A stretch of DNA of 63,284 nt, filler included, from Cercozoa sp. M6MM (lineage: Eukaryota; Protista; Endomyxa: Ascetosporea): the NCBI GenBank assembly GCA_040357565.1. It is 7 parts of 7 records of this genome, joined end to end, with 100 filler letters (N's around TTAATTAATTAA, not from the genome) between each part and the next. Parts side by side here need not be neighbours in the genome. Positions count along the whole stretch, not along the records: positions 23,036 to 45,532 come from JBDODJ010000182.1; positions 45,633 to 48,120 come from JBDODJ010001755.1; positions 48,221 to 58,661 come from JBDODJ010000447.1; 4 more parts are not named here. One strand, written 5' to 3'. The notes beneath the pieces were generated by a model. It did no database searches and was not told the origin of the DNA. It saw nothing but the letters and a program-made list of their open reading frames with translations. Position 1 is the stretch's first letter, and every line of letters starts with the position of its first letter. Both the position numbers and the translations under genes were made by a program. Positions 44,151 to 56,825 of this stretch are shown here, piece by piece.

Positions 44151-44411
44151 AGCTACCCATGTTCTTTTCCGTTTCCCTTAGTTCTTCGTGGTGCATCGCA
44201 TTGAGGAGCGACAGGAGATCTAGGACAGCAGGGCGTAGATACAGTACAGCATGGGGCGCAGCGGTGACAGCATTTCACGGTTGCCGTACTTACAATAATG
44301 TTTATATGCAGGTACACAGAATGAGAGATTTGATGGTGTGTAAGATGTCTATTTAAATTTATCGTATCTGCGCTGCATATTTGGCATAGGTAGTATGCTT
44401 CGTCTGTATTC

Positions 44412-44830
44412 ATGTATGTATGTATGTGTATGTAAGTGTATATATGTATGTATGTGTATGTAAGTGTATATATGTATGTATATATGTAAATTTATGTATG
44501 TATGTGTATGTAAGTGTATATATGTATGTATGTATGTATGTAAATTTATGTATGTATGTATGTAAATTTATGTATGTACGTATGTAAATTTATGTATGTA
44601 TGTATGTGTATGTAAGTGTATATATGTATGTATGTGTATGTAAGTGTATATATGTATGTATGTATGTAANNNNNNNNNNAAGTGTATATATGTATGTATG
44701 TATGTAAATTTATGTATGTATGTATGGAAATTTATGTATGTACGTATGTAAATTTATGTATGTATGTATGTATGTAAATTTATGTACGTATGTATGTATG
44801 TATGCGTATGAATGTATGTGTATGCATGCA
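44412..44830. repeat. (TATG)n-based satellite with taaattta and taagtg variants
   Basis: Direct inspection. Confidence 0.92.
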
Positions 44831-45632
44831 TGCGTCCCCAAGCGGGTAAATACTGTAAATTTATGTATTTGTACGATATATATACATATGAGTAAGATTG
44901 CATAAGATCATTGCTACAGACGGATATCGTATGAGGTAAGTAGATCCATTACAAGCTCACTTTGGATCGTTGATGCTGGGTGGCAAAATTTGGCGGTTCC
45001 GCGTGGGCATCGGTAGGACAGTTGCACTAGGTCAGCACAGCTGTAATCGGATTAGTATGCTAATTTTGTGGCCAAACACTCTATCATCTGCGCGTGCAGC
45101 AACACATGTCACCATGATCGCCATTTGACGATCGCACCAGCGCTCCAGTGGCGCATGTTAGACGAGTCAACGAGCATCGGACCGAGTAGTGGTGTGGTGC
45201 TGTTCAAGCGCGAGCTTGCTGACGTTGCGGAATGTTTTGCGAGTTTGCGGGAGTCTGGCTTATCGCCCTGCAAGACTCCCCACGAGCGCCGCAAGCTGTG
45301 TACGGGGAGTGATTGCTGTTCTGCTCAACAGAGCACTGAAGCAGAACAAGTTCGCTGACACCCAAGCGAAACGTTTTTCTTGTGTGAGACGCCGAGTTTG
45401 GTGACAGCGAGGTTTGTTCGCTTGGCACGGTACCGAACGCTATTGTGTGTATGTGTTGTACGAAAGGTATGCAGACTCATTCGTCATCTCCGAATCGATG
45501 GTGGCCCGAGTGGTGGTCGGCCAGCACATTCGNNNNNNNNNNNNNNNNNNNNNNNNNNNNNNNNNNNNNNNNNNNNTTAATTAATTAANNNNNNNNNNNN
45601 NNNNNNNNNNNNNNNNNNNNNNNNNNNNNNNN

Positions 45633-45679
<47 letters not shown>

Positions 45680-45680
<1 letters not shown>

Positions 45681-48060
45681 AGTAGCTCAGTGCCTCGCGT
45701 GTGCCATTGTTGGCTGTTACTTGGACGCTGCTCGGCGTGATCGTCGTTCTCAACGTCGTTGCGGTATGACTCTTTGGCACTGTGTTGTTTGTTGTGTTTG
45801 GTTATTTCGAGTCTGACACCCTTTGGACTTACAGGCGCGGCACATCAAACGTCACGACCTCCGTTTGGTAAAGCTTCATTTTAATTCAATATATACATAG
45901 TAGTTTGTTTGTTTACACAGATCGAAATCGCCAAGCGGTCGCACGACAAGGTGCGTTCTATGGTTCAGGTCGACTTGATTACGATCGACCGCGCAGCAGA
46001 GCCAGAGGGTGCGTCTATCTTAACTGACTAGACTGACCTACCTAGACTGACTACGGACTGGACTGGACTGACCTGACTGTACGCTCAGACAGCAAATCGT
46101 CGACGACGGAGAAGTCTTCAACGGCGACGCTGTCGGTGTCCTTCTCGGATGGCTTCGGCAAGGTCGAGATGCGACGGACGCAACGCCTCTTGCTCGTCGC
46201 TGTTTTGATTGCCTTGTGTCTGGTACCCCTCCCCTTCCCCCTTCTACTCGTGTCATACATGTGAGCCTGCGTTGGCTTAGTCTGTCTCTGCGTTGGCCAC
46301 GTCGACTCGACTGCACGTACACTACCACGAACCAGGAATCCGCGATGCTAGAATGGTAGTTTCGGACACTTTAGACCCTTCGACATCCCTCCCGATATTG
46401 CTGCCTGTGTCTCGTTGTTGAAGGTCGGCTGGCCTATGCTGGCGCAACTGGGGGCCATAATCTTCTACTTTGCTGATCGGTACCAACCTTTTGAGTGTAT
46501 ATGCTTCAAGTTGAATGCGCATGCGTTTGTGCGTTACAGTGCCGTTGCCCTCGCGATGGGAAGTCTTTCCAACTCGGTACCTTCTTTGTATATAGTATAT
46601 GTATATATATATATTATATATATCTGCATGTATTTATATTTATATTTATATGTCGATAAGGATATTGGGTGTATCTGGACAGTTTGTCGAAAATGGCGTT
46701 CCCAAAACGAACATTGAAAAGATCTCGCGCAGTTTCTTCGGGGGTGACGAGGTACGTTGTGCCTATCCTGTGTTGTGCCTATCTTCTGTGTCCGTGTGTT
46801 AATACGTTGGGTTTTGCTTTGCTTTGTGTGCAGAACTTCACGGCAGTTCTGGCGGCAGCCTACCCGATCGTTCGCGACATGGTGAGTTTCTCAATGTGTC
46901 TGATCGCATGAGTGCGCAAGGCAAGTCGCTACTGCATTGAGCAGGAAGTCGACGAAGCCAGCAGCATCATCAAAGAACTTATCGCCGGGGCGGTAGGTTC
47001 TCTCTTTTTCTCTCTACGCGCATTGTCCTACCCCACCCGCCCCTTCGATAGGAGGACAGTAAGGTTCACAATCAGACCTCAATCACGCCGAGTCTCCCGG
47101 CCGTGGACGCCTACCAGATGGCTGTACGTTTGTGCAACGCACATGTATCTGTATGTGTGTGGCGTTTCGGTTGGCTGTCTTACTTGTGCACTGTTTGTGA
47201 TAGGTCATTCAAGAAATGCGAGACGCTATGAACATGACTGAAGGGGCCGTACCACCTGACTATTGTCCCCACCCTTCAACCTGAGTGTACCGACTGCCTC
47301 CTGTGTTGCAGCCTCTGTTCAACAATGAGACGGAATTGCATCTGATCGACATTGCTGTCGCTCCTTTCTACATCGACGCGAGTACCACGCACTCTTTTGT
47401 TTTTGCTCGCTAGCTCCAAGGTTACTCGACACAATCCTTTTGTGGACAGTCAACATCATCAGTGATAAGTTGTTCCAACTGTCTACGATCTCCATGACCG
47501 AGTACTCTACGATCTCAACAATTCTCTGTGTTTGGGGACTGCTGCCATCTTGTTATCCTCTGACTTTGGCAGAGTGAAACGACGACGAGACGACGACAGA
47601 AAAACGGCGCAGACAGCCAGCGCTTTGACCGTCACCTGCCTCGTCGTGTTCGTTCTGTCGCTCGCCGCCATCGCGTACAGTTCGCGTCGACTGCAGCAGC
47701 AGGCTCGCGTAAGCACACACATACATTGTGTGTGTAAGTATATACGTATATTTTTATGTATGTACTATGTTTGTGGGACAGGTCCGTTTCAACGGTGCTG
47801 CCTGGAAGCTCGGTCGTGTGTGTACGTTCCAACCATATATATATATATATATGTGCTCATTATATCTGCTTGTCTTTCGCAGTGTCGGACAAGGAGTGTG
47901 CCACGTTGTTCCGCACCTTCGTGATCAAGCAAGTAAGAGCTGCCTTTCGCGCCTGCGCAACTGCAGATGTTCTGTGACACTTACAGTTGTTCGACTCAGA
48001 TGTGTCGTGAAACACTCGACTTCTGCGAGTCGTTGCGTGCCACGCATTTCCAAGGTTCGT
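45680..48060 (+). CDS. Hypothetical multi-pass membrane protein (partial, both ends at contig edges)
   Basis: Spliced TM-like exons WTLLGVIVVLNVVA, LLLVAVLIALCL, WPMLAQLGAIIFYF, ALTVTCLVVFVLSLAAIAY. Confidence 0.55.
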
Positions 48061-48220
48061 GCTTTGCTCTGTAGCCATATTGGAGCCTCGTTGACTTGAG
48101 ATGAGATCACTGTCTGCACANNNNNNNNNNNNNNNNNNNNNNNNNNNNNNNNNNNNNNNNNNNNTTAATTAATTAANNNNNNNNNNNNNNNNNNNNNNNN
48201 NNNNNNNNNNNNNNNNNNNN

Positions 48221-50450
48221 GACGGTGTGACTGGGAACATCGACGGTGTGACTGGGAACATCGACGGTGTGACTGGGAACATCGACGGTGTGACTGGGCA
48301 CACTGACGGTGCGATCGTGTCGCGCTCGCTGTTCGCACTGGACGCAGCGAGTCTGAGTGATCACGTGGCAGATCACACGAGCGATCACTGTGATCACGTT
48401 GATCCCAGTGGTCATATTGATCACAGTGACGGTGCCAGTGACCACTGTATCAGTGATCGCATTGATCGCATCGTTGTCACTGTGCTGCGAGTCGTGCTGC
48501 GAGCGCCGCCGAGGCAGCACCTGCCGCAGGTGTCTCACGTTCTTACCCCCCTGTTTACCCCCCTGTTTACCCCCCTGTTTACCCNNNNNNNNNNNNNNNN
48601 NNNNNNNNNNNNNNNNNNNNNNNNNNNNNNNNNNNNNNNNNNNNNNNNNNNNNNNNNNNNNNNNNNNNNNNNNNNNNNNNNNNNTTACCCCCCTGTTTAC
48701 CCCCCTGTTTACCCCCTGTTTACCCCCCTGTTGCATCAGAACGTGCAACTGCGATGCGACGACACGGTGGACATGGTACCCTGTGCACGTGGGCTGGCAC
48801 GTGCTTGACTGAGTGAGTGAGTGGGTTGGCACGTGTCTGACTGACTGAGCAGAGCGAGTTCCGCAGTCTGCCGTCGGAGGCACCGTCGGCGTGTCTGATC
48901 GTGCGACCACTGACTCGGTGCGACGGTTCCTCGGACGGTTCCTCGGACGGTTCCTCGGACGGCGTTTTCTGTGTCACGTGCGCAGCGAGTGTGCTGTCGG
49001 CGTGCGACGGTGTCGACACGGCGAGCGACCTGGAGAAACGCAGCGTAACTCTGCGCGACCTGCGACGACGGGGCCGCGTGGCACTCCTCAGTGAGAGTGA
49101 TGATGCCAGTCAGCACGTGCCGCTGTGGTCGCTGCTGTCGCCGCCGCTGCTCTCGTCTGCGCGCGCCGGCCCTGTGCAGGTAGACCCCCTGCCCCACCCC
49201 TACCCCTACCCCTACCCCCACCCCCTACCCTACCCCAACCCTACCTCTGTCCCCTACCCTACCCCTATTCCTACCCCCCCCCCACAGACTCTGGCACCGC
49301 TGTATATGAACCTGCGCGGTGTGAGTGACACGTGCGCACAGGTGGCGCCGCGACAGGCGACGCTGCTGTCGCTGGTGGCGGTTCCACTGGCCATTGTACG
49401 CACACGGTACGCCTTTCTATATCTAGGTATACATATATGTATATATACGTGTGTGTGTATGTATATGTATATGTATGATGTGTGTATCTGTATATGTATA
49501 TGTATGTGTATATGTATATGTATGTGTATATGTATATGTATCTCTGTATGTATATCTGTATATGTATATATGTGTGTGTATGTATGTGTGTCTGTATATC
49601 TGATTATCTGTGTATCAGTGTATCTGTATATCTGTGCATCTGTGCATCTGTATATCTGTATATCTGGATATATATATACATATAAATATATATATATATA
49701 TATGTATACTTAAGTCTATGTATCTACAGTCCCTACAGCGGCCCCTTCTACTGTATGTTGTACGACGCCTCCGACTCGCCGCTCGTCCCTCTGCTGGTGT
49801 GCCCTTTTTGGGGGGGGGGTAAACAGGGGGTTAGGCGGGGGGGCTAAACAAGAGGGAGGGCGACGATAGAGATGTCCCTCAGGTGCCATCGCGAGCGGTG
49901 GCGGCGCGTCTGGCGGCCGACGCGGCGAAAGCGCGCGTGTTGGCGCTGCGCGATCTGCGTCTGCAGCATGGCGTGCTGCACTTTGTGCACACCGGTCCTG
50001 GTACCACCCTCTCCCTCCCTCATAACCCCTTCGTGCACCCTGTGCCTTCTCCCCCCAGAGCAAGCACTGCAGTCCTCGATCCGACCGATAAGCAGCAGCA
50101 ACGAAAGCGTCTTTTGGAACACACTGCGACCGCGCGATCAGGCCGCTCTTCTGCACTCGGTAGGGGGTATGACAAGGGGTGTATTGGGTATAGAGGTAGC
50201 CGTGTGGATAGGTGCGTTCGCTGGTGAAGAAAGAACACAAATTCGAAGCGTCCTTCACTTCGTTCTTTTCGGCCTTGAACGGTTTCCGCGGTGCGCGCAT
50301 TCGGCACCACAAGGTGCTGCACTCTTGCCTGTTTATACAGACGACATGATCGATTCACAGACACATACACCTGTGTGTTCGTGTTTTGTTTGCGTCTGTT
50401 TGTTTGTTGATTACTATGTGTATAAGCACACACACAGAGAGAGAGAGAGT

Positions 50451-50489
<39 letters not shown>

Positions 50490-51520
50490 TGTGTGTGTGT
50501 GTGGGAGAGTGAGAGCGAGAGCGAGAGAGCTAGACTGGCACCTGTGTGCGTGTGTGTATGTGTGCAGATACCCCGACTGAGTCAGGTGCGAGCGACGCTG
50601 CGCGCACGTGCCGCTTCGACAGTGTCGTCGCTGCTGCAGTCGCGCGCCACGCAAGGCGTCTACGAACACGCGCTGCAGCAGTGTCCGCGGTAAGCTTTGC
50701 CTGCTTCTCGTGCTGTATCCGCGCGGACAGTGTGTGGGTGGTTTGACTAGTGACCTGGCCATGCGGCCACTACTGGTGTCGGTGCGATCACGCATCCGCG
50801 CGGTGCTGCGCGTGCCGAGCGACAGCGGCTACGGCGCGCAGTGGCAGTGCGACCGCTGCGGTCACCGCGAGGACTGGCAGCAGCAGTTTGCTGGGCAGGA
50901 GGAGGAGACACAGCAGCAGGCACTGCAGGAGACACAACGGCCGTGTCCGCACTGCCGGCGCAACATTGCACTCCAGATGCAGGGCACGGCCACCGACACG
51001 GACATGACACTCAAGTACTTTGCGCTGCTGCTGGTGGCCTGCGACGACGACGACAGCAGCACTCTGCGCATCCTTGTCGGCGGCGACTGTCTCTTCGAGT
51101 GCATCAGCAATGGGGTGCCGCTCTTTAGATGTATATATATATAAATATAAAGTGTATGTGTGTGCGTATGTGTATGGGTAGAGAAAGACGGCCGACCTGA
51201 CCGACACGCAGATCGCTGGCTACACGCCTGCCGTGCTGCGAGCACTCCTGGTGCGGCCCGATGACCCTCTGCCCTGCCGCGTGCTCTGCACCGTAAACTT
51301 ACACCTCTGTATACATACAATAATATTTATACCTACAGATAGATACCTACACTATACATCTGCATACATGTACACTGCACAGGTGGACGAGACCAACTTC
51401 CAACTGCTCTGGCAGCGAGCTGTTCTGTCGCACTGTCAGCGTCTTGGGGTAATCGCCTTCTCTGTCTCTCTGTCTCTCTGTCTCTATGTCTCTCTGTCTC
51501 TATGTCTCTATGTCTCTGTG

Positions 51521-51569
<49 letters not shown>

Positions 51570-51579
51570 NNNNNNNNNN

Positions 51580-51628
<49 letters not shown>

Positions 51629-51780
51629 CGGTGTGTGTACACATGGATTGCTTCTCTCACTTTGACGGTAGCTCCAGTGTCCCGAAACTGCTGGCACGGT
51701 GCCCGAGCTGTGCGAGTTCGCCTCCGATCTGCTCGACGACCCCGACACTGTCACCGCTCCTGACGCTCCGTACTGTTAAT
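48221..51780 (+). CDS. Hypothetical protein with a C-terminal OB-fold/Zn-ribbon-like region (RPA1-C/CTC1/SPIDR-like), 5' partial
   Basis: [20 protein letters not shown]...CPHCRR...[23 protein letters not shown] gives a CxxC..CxxC insert followed by a D-x-S/T beta hairpin, as in RPA70 DBD-C-type folds. The N-terminal part carries a 21-nt repeat (DGVTGNI). Confidence 0.45.
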
Positions 51781-52149
51781 AACCACTCAAGTGTACCGTA
51801 CACCCATAGCCAAGCTTGGCGCTTGTGCGTTCTGTACCCAGAATTCAATAATAACACTGTATCGCCAGTCGTAAGTTTATGTGGGGTATGGCAGGGTTTT
51901 CGAGGCTAAACCGAACCGAACCGCCCAAACATCTATCCCTCCCCCTTAACCCTTAACCCGCCTTCCCCTCTTTACCCCATTCCCTCACCCCCTTACCCTT
52001 CTAGCCCCCTTACCCCCTTTTAGCCCCATAACCTCTCTTTAACTCTGATTTTTCCTCAAAAGCCCCGCCATACCCGCCTCCTGTGTACACGCTGCGGTTC
52101 TGTATGATGTGGCAATGCGCGCAAAACGCAAGCGAACATGAGAGCAGTC

Positions 52150-53215
52150 AATGCCGTGTCGATGCTGTTCTTCGTGACCTTCTTCCTTGTGCGGTACCTT
52201 TAGTTTCATCTCAGTTTTACTGCTGTTACTTTGCGTCGTTGTGCAGTGTGGTGGGAGGCACGCGCCTCTCCCTCATGGCCTTTAAGGAAGTGTGGCCGCT
52301 GTACCGCAGCTTTGCCCGCGAGGGCGACACGAAACTGCAGCGACACGGCATTGACTGCTCTCATGTTCGCTTGCGTTTTGCGCGCATTGCCACATCATAC
52401 AGGACCGTGTACACAGGGAAGGACGTCTCTTGGCGACACCGTACTGCAGCAGGAACCACCGCAGGTACATCAGCGGCGTCGATAGCTCCCAGGACAGCAG
52501 CACGACGCCGTAGTACTGCAGGAACGGCGCAAAGATGTATGTGTACAGCAGCGCTCCCTAGAGAGACACACACACACATGCACAACTTGGACACACCTAG
52601 ACTGCCGTATGCAGGTAAGTTCTGTCCTGTAAACTTACCATGACATGATGCATCGTGATCAGCCAGTCCTGCATGCGGTTCGCACGGAAGCTCCGCAGTG
52701 TCCACACGGTGTCGTAGTAAAAGTAGCCGCACGTGATGGCGAGGTAGAAGCACGCGAAGGTACTCGAGCCATGCACGTGGTCCTCGTGAATGCCGTCGCC
52801 TGCGATAGGTGTCCACCCCGTACAGCAATCGTTCAGCACATGTGTAGTGCACTAGTACCTCCAGTACGCCAAAACAGGGCTCTCACTGCGCCCTGCGCCG
52901 CAATTGCGGCATGCACGGCGGCGACTATGTTCTGCACACTCATGATCATGCAGTGTCTTGACTCAGAGGGAAGCAGGGAGGGCGCGTTTTACATTGGCAG
53001 CGACTGCACGTGACGCCTTTTGCGGCCCGGGTAATCGTCGCAGCAATTGCAACAACGCCGCATTCAGTGTCGTGAAACCGCCTGCAGCAAGAGCTACCGT
53101 GTGCCTGACAACACAAAAACGAGATGACCGTGCCGTGTCAACCAAAATGACCACACCAGTGCTCACGGAGCAATGGCGCCTGCTCGAACACCACATCCAC
53201 TAATCTATGCAGCAT
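52150..53215 (-). CDS. TLC (TRAM/LAG1/CLN8) domain membrane protein; downstream exons 52162-52340 lie on the opposite strand
   Basis: NIVAAVHA, CGYFYYDT, WLITMHH and LLSWELSTPLMYLRWFL are on the minus strand. The continuation NAVSMLFFVTFFLVR|VVGG is on the plus strand. Confidence 0.8.
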
Positions 53216-53356
53216 GCACTTTAACGCAGTCTGAACTCCTGTGAAAATGCCGAGCGACTGTGTGTAGCAATATTTGTTCGAGAATCGAGACAATTGTCAT
53301 TGTCTAGCAATATTTCAGTTTTTACAGTTTTTATTCGTCGGGCGAAATTGAGAGAA

Positions 53357-54058
53357 ATGAAGACCGGCAAAGGCATCGCCCATCAGCTACGGTAAAGAGT
53401 GGCGCAACGCACTATCTAAGCACTCTGCAACAGGATGGTAGATTTTGCAACTTCTTTGCAGTTCCAAGCAATGTGCAGTTTTTTGTTTTCGTAAATTAAC
53501 TTTGTCTGGAACCCAATCGTGATGTGATCTCAGAACACGCGCACGACTTTTGGTGAACGTCGATCGTCTAAAGGTCGCAAGAAGTCTACACTCAGCGAGG
53601 ACGAGCGACAGGAGTGCACAGAAGCGTTCAATCTATTCGATTCGGACAACTCAGGTAAACCAACTGACTTCATTTCCAGCTTGTCCGACTGAAAGTTCCT
53701 GTGACACTGCTTGCGTTGGTTCAGGCACGATTGATGTGCGCGAGATGCGAGCGGCGATGCGCGCGCTCGGGTTCGACTTGAAGAAGGAGGAGATTCGCGA
53801 TATCATGGATGACCTGGACAAACGGCCAACGGATGAGCTGTCGCTGGACGAGTTCCTGCGCATTGCGACACCGCGTGTGGCCGCCCGGGATCCCAAGGAG
53901 GAGGTCGCCAAGATTTTCCAGCTGTTTGACGAGGATGACACGGGGTACATCACGTTTCGCAACCTGAAGCACGTCTGCAGCGAGCTCGGCGAGGACATCA
54001 GCGACGAGGAGATCCAAGAGATGATGTACCCTCTCTCTACATCTCTCCACCTTTCCTT

Positions 54059-54110
<52 letters not shown>

Positions 54111-54290
54111 GCCGTTTCGTAAACATGAACTAAACCTCTTGCTTGTAGCGATGAGGCCGACCGCAGCGGGCAGGGACGAGTGACCTTCGATGACTTCTAC
54201 AAGATCATGAAGAAGCGCTCGGCGAATCCAATCGATCAGCTCAGCTCCGACGACGAGGACGTTGACGAGGTCGGCCCAATGGCTAGATAG
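53357..54290 (+). CDS. Centrin (EF-hand Ca-binding protein)
   Basis: LSEDERQECTEAFNLFDSDNS|GTIDVREMRAAMRALGF..KKEEI...[69 protein letters not shown]. Confidence 0.93.
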
Positions 54291-54797
54291 ACAAGACACC
54301 GCAACAGCGCAGGCTTCACACAACCAAACAAAAGTTACGAAACTAAACTTACAGTAAGTGCGACAGAATGCCAGTGCTACAACCAACATTCCGTCAAGGC
54401 TCGGCGCGGAGGTTGATTTTCCAGTTTTGAGTAAAAACACCGGACTGCCGACCTGCAGTTGAATATACTGTTTGTAACATTGCAGTTTTATTTACAAACA
54501 TGCAACCGAGACTTCCAGTTCAGTTTGTCATACACGCTAAAAAATGCTGTTATAATTAAAGCAAACCCTTGGTCGGAACGATGCAAATGAGCCGACCACT
54601 CACTATTTATACACCACAGCCTGCAAGAGCTATCCTACGAAAATCTATCTCTGAAGCTTGGGCTGAACCGCGATCGCGACGTGCATGTGATCCGAAATAG
54701 TACCGCCGATACCGTAACTTTAAATTGAGTTTTTGACCGCTCTATATCTAGTCTCGACAGTTAAACTGACATTCGATTGGAAGACCGGACCGTTCCT

Positions 54798-56042
54798 CTA
54801 GGTGTTGCTTGACCGCGACTTTGTTCGGGCGTTGAGAGAACTGAGCAGCGATTTGCGACGCCGATGCATCTTTGCAGATCGAACCCGGTGACTCCGTTGA
54901 GGCTCGCCTGGCTTAAGTTGCTTCAGCTTCTCAGTTCGGTCTTTTGCCGCACCTGAGCCCTCGTACTCGTGGACAGTCGCAGAAATCACGTTGTCCTCTT
55001 CGACATGTACAACTTCTTCGACGTGCGCGGTGCTCGCAACGCTGCTTTCGCAAGGCAAACCAAATCGAGCAGCTTGGGCGATTTTCCGGTCCTCAACGTC
55101 GAGCATACTCGACAGGGCGTAAAGGCCTCCCAATGCCGCCGGCACTTGCGCGTTCGGGTCCAGCCAGGTATCCACAGGCAAACTACAGACTCACATAGGT
55201 TTTCAGTGTGCGCTGAGGCTGTGAAGGCGACTGAAATCGATAGATCTACCGAGCAGTACCCTAAGGCAATACGCTCTTCGCGCGTCTCGATCAACGTTTG
55301 GTGCGTGTCAGCGTTTTCGAGACAACTGCAACCAAATTTCGAGCGGAAGCCTTTGCAACGTTTTGTTTGAATGCAATTTATTCGTGTGCACTGCAAAGCA
55401 TGTTAAAATTCAACATTGCTCCTCTGTTCCGCCGCCAGCAGAGTAACCGGAGTTTGAAAGAACTGACCTTTTTACTTCCGACTTTGTGCTCCTTAAACGA
55501 GTGTTTGCATGAAAGGCACTTGATGTCGAGGGATCCTCTTCTGCAAACAGCTCACGAATACACGTAAGTACAGTATGCTCAGTTCCACGGCATTACGTTG
55601 GCACGTATTCGAAGAGTCGACAACGACATTTCTCGACGTTGCAGTGCACGTTTTTATCCTCAAAGTTCTCCGACGCGTGTTCACCTACACAGTGCATGGA
55701 CCATGATTACAAACCAACGCAAGCCTTCAACACGGTACGGTATTTGTGGCCGCAGAAACACCTCGACTCCGGTCCTGACGGACATCAGTATGATCAGGGA
55801 GATACGTAGGAGGTATACACTCTGCAATGGGGAGCTGGATACCAATAACTCGGCACTCGACGCCAACAGAGTTCCTCCAGGACACGTACAGACGATTCTT
55901 TGCCGCAACGTGCTTTCCTGACAACAGGCATCAGGGTCCAGGTGAGTTGAACTGAACAAAGTCGGACCCTGTGCATACCTCGCTTGAACGCGTAGTCATC
56001 GACTGCCTGCACGACGCCTGCACTCAGCCGAATACGCTCCAT
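54798..56042 (-). CDS. FAM221A-like (DUF4475) Cys/His-rich protein, multi-exon
   Basis: MERIRLSAGVVQAVDDY, KNRLYVSWRNSVGVECRVIG, KCLSCKHSFKEH, CKGFRSKFGCSC...HQTLIETREER, and ALGGLYALSSM parallel the FAM221A motifs as recalled (NRLFVSWR, HDTVVETKQER, MGGLTGFSSL). Confidence 0.75.
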
Positions 56043-56233
56043 TTAACGTTCCAGCGCTAGCGTCGGGTCAGTCAGTACTGTAGCTCGTTTCCAGAGCAGG
56101 CGGCCGGTTTTTTGGAAGTCAGATGACCACTTTGGCATTTTCTCACAATCCACGCGGGCAGCCCCGCGCTTTTGAGATAGCCGAAACAATATAAGATTGT
56201 GAGTGTGCGCCAACACGTGTTACTGTGCTAAAG

Positions 56234-56776
56234 ATGCAGCGTGCAGCGGCTGAGCAGGTTCGGCGTCGCCGACAGCAGTGTGTTTTCCCATTTTGTTTTG
56301 GCGTTTTTCGGATGAGAAGACGCAAGGGTGGGTGCAGGCAGCAGCAGCTGGAGCGCGAAAAGACACGTCAACGAGATGAGTTGTTACGGCAGATGCGTCT
56401 GCAGCGACAGACAAGTAACGACAAGGCACCGAGACAGGAGAAAGCAACGCGTCTCTCGATCCCACAACGTGAGGCTACTTTACCTTAGTGTGCAGATCGG
56501 GATACGTATCTGGACAAACCGACAGGCAAGAAGAGAAAAAAGCCCACGGTGCCGATCAAGAGGGAAGTCAAGCAGGAACGCGACTTCCTGGAAGGATTCC
56601 GTGGTGCGTTTCTCCGAACTGTCATTCTCTCCCCCAGACCCTTACTTTGACTGACTGACTGACTGACTGACGCGTGTGGGTGCTTTACGTGTCAGACTTG
56701 CTGCCGACGAAAGAAGAAATGAGAGACGATGACTTTGACCATCTTGTTACGGTAGCTTTTGTGCTTTTGACTGACT

Positions 56777-56825
<49 letters not shown>

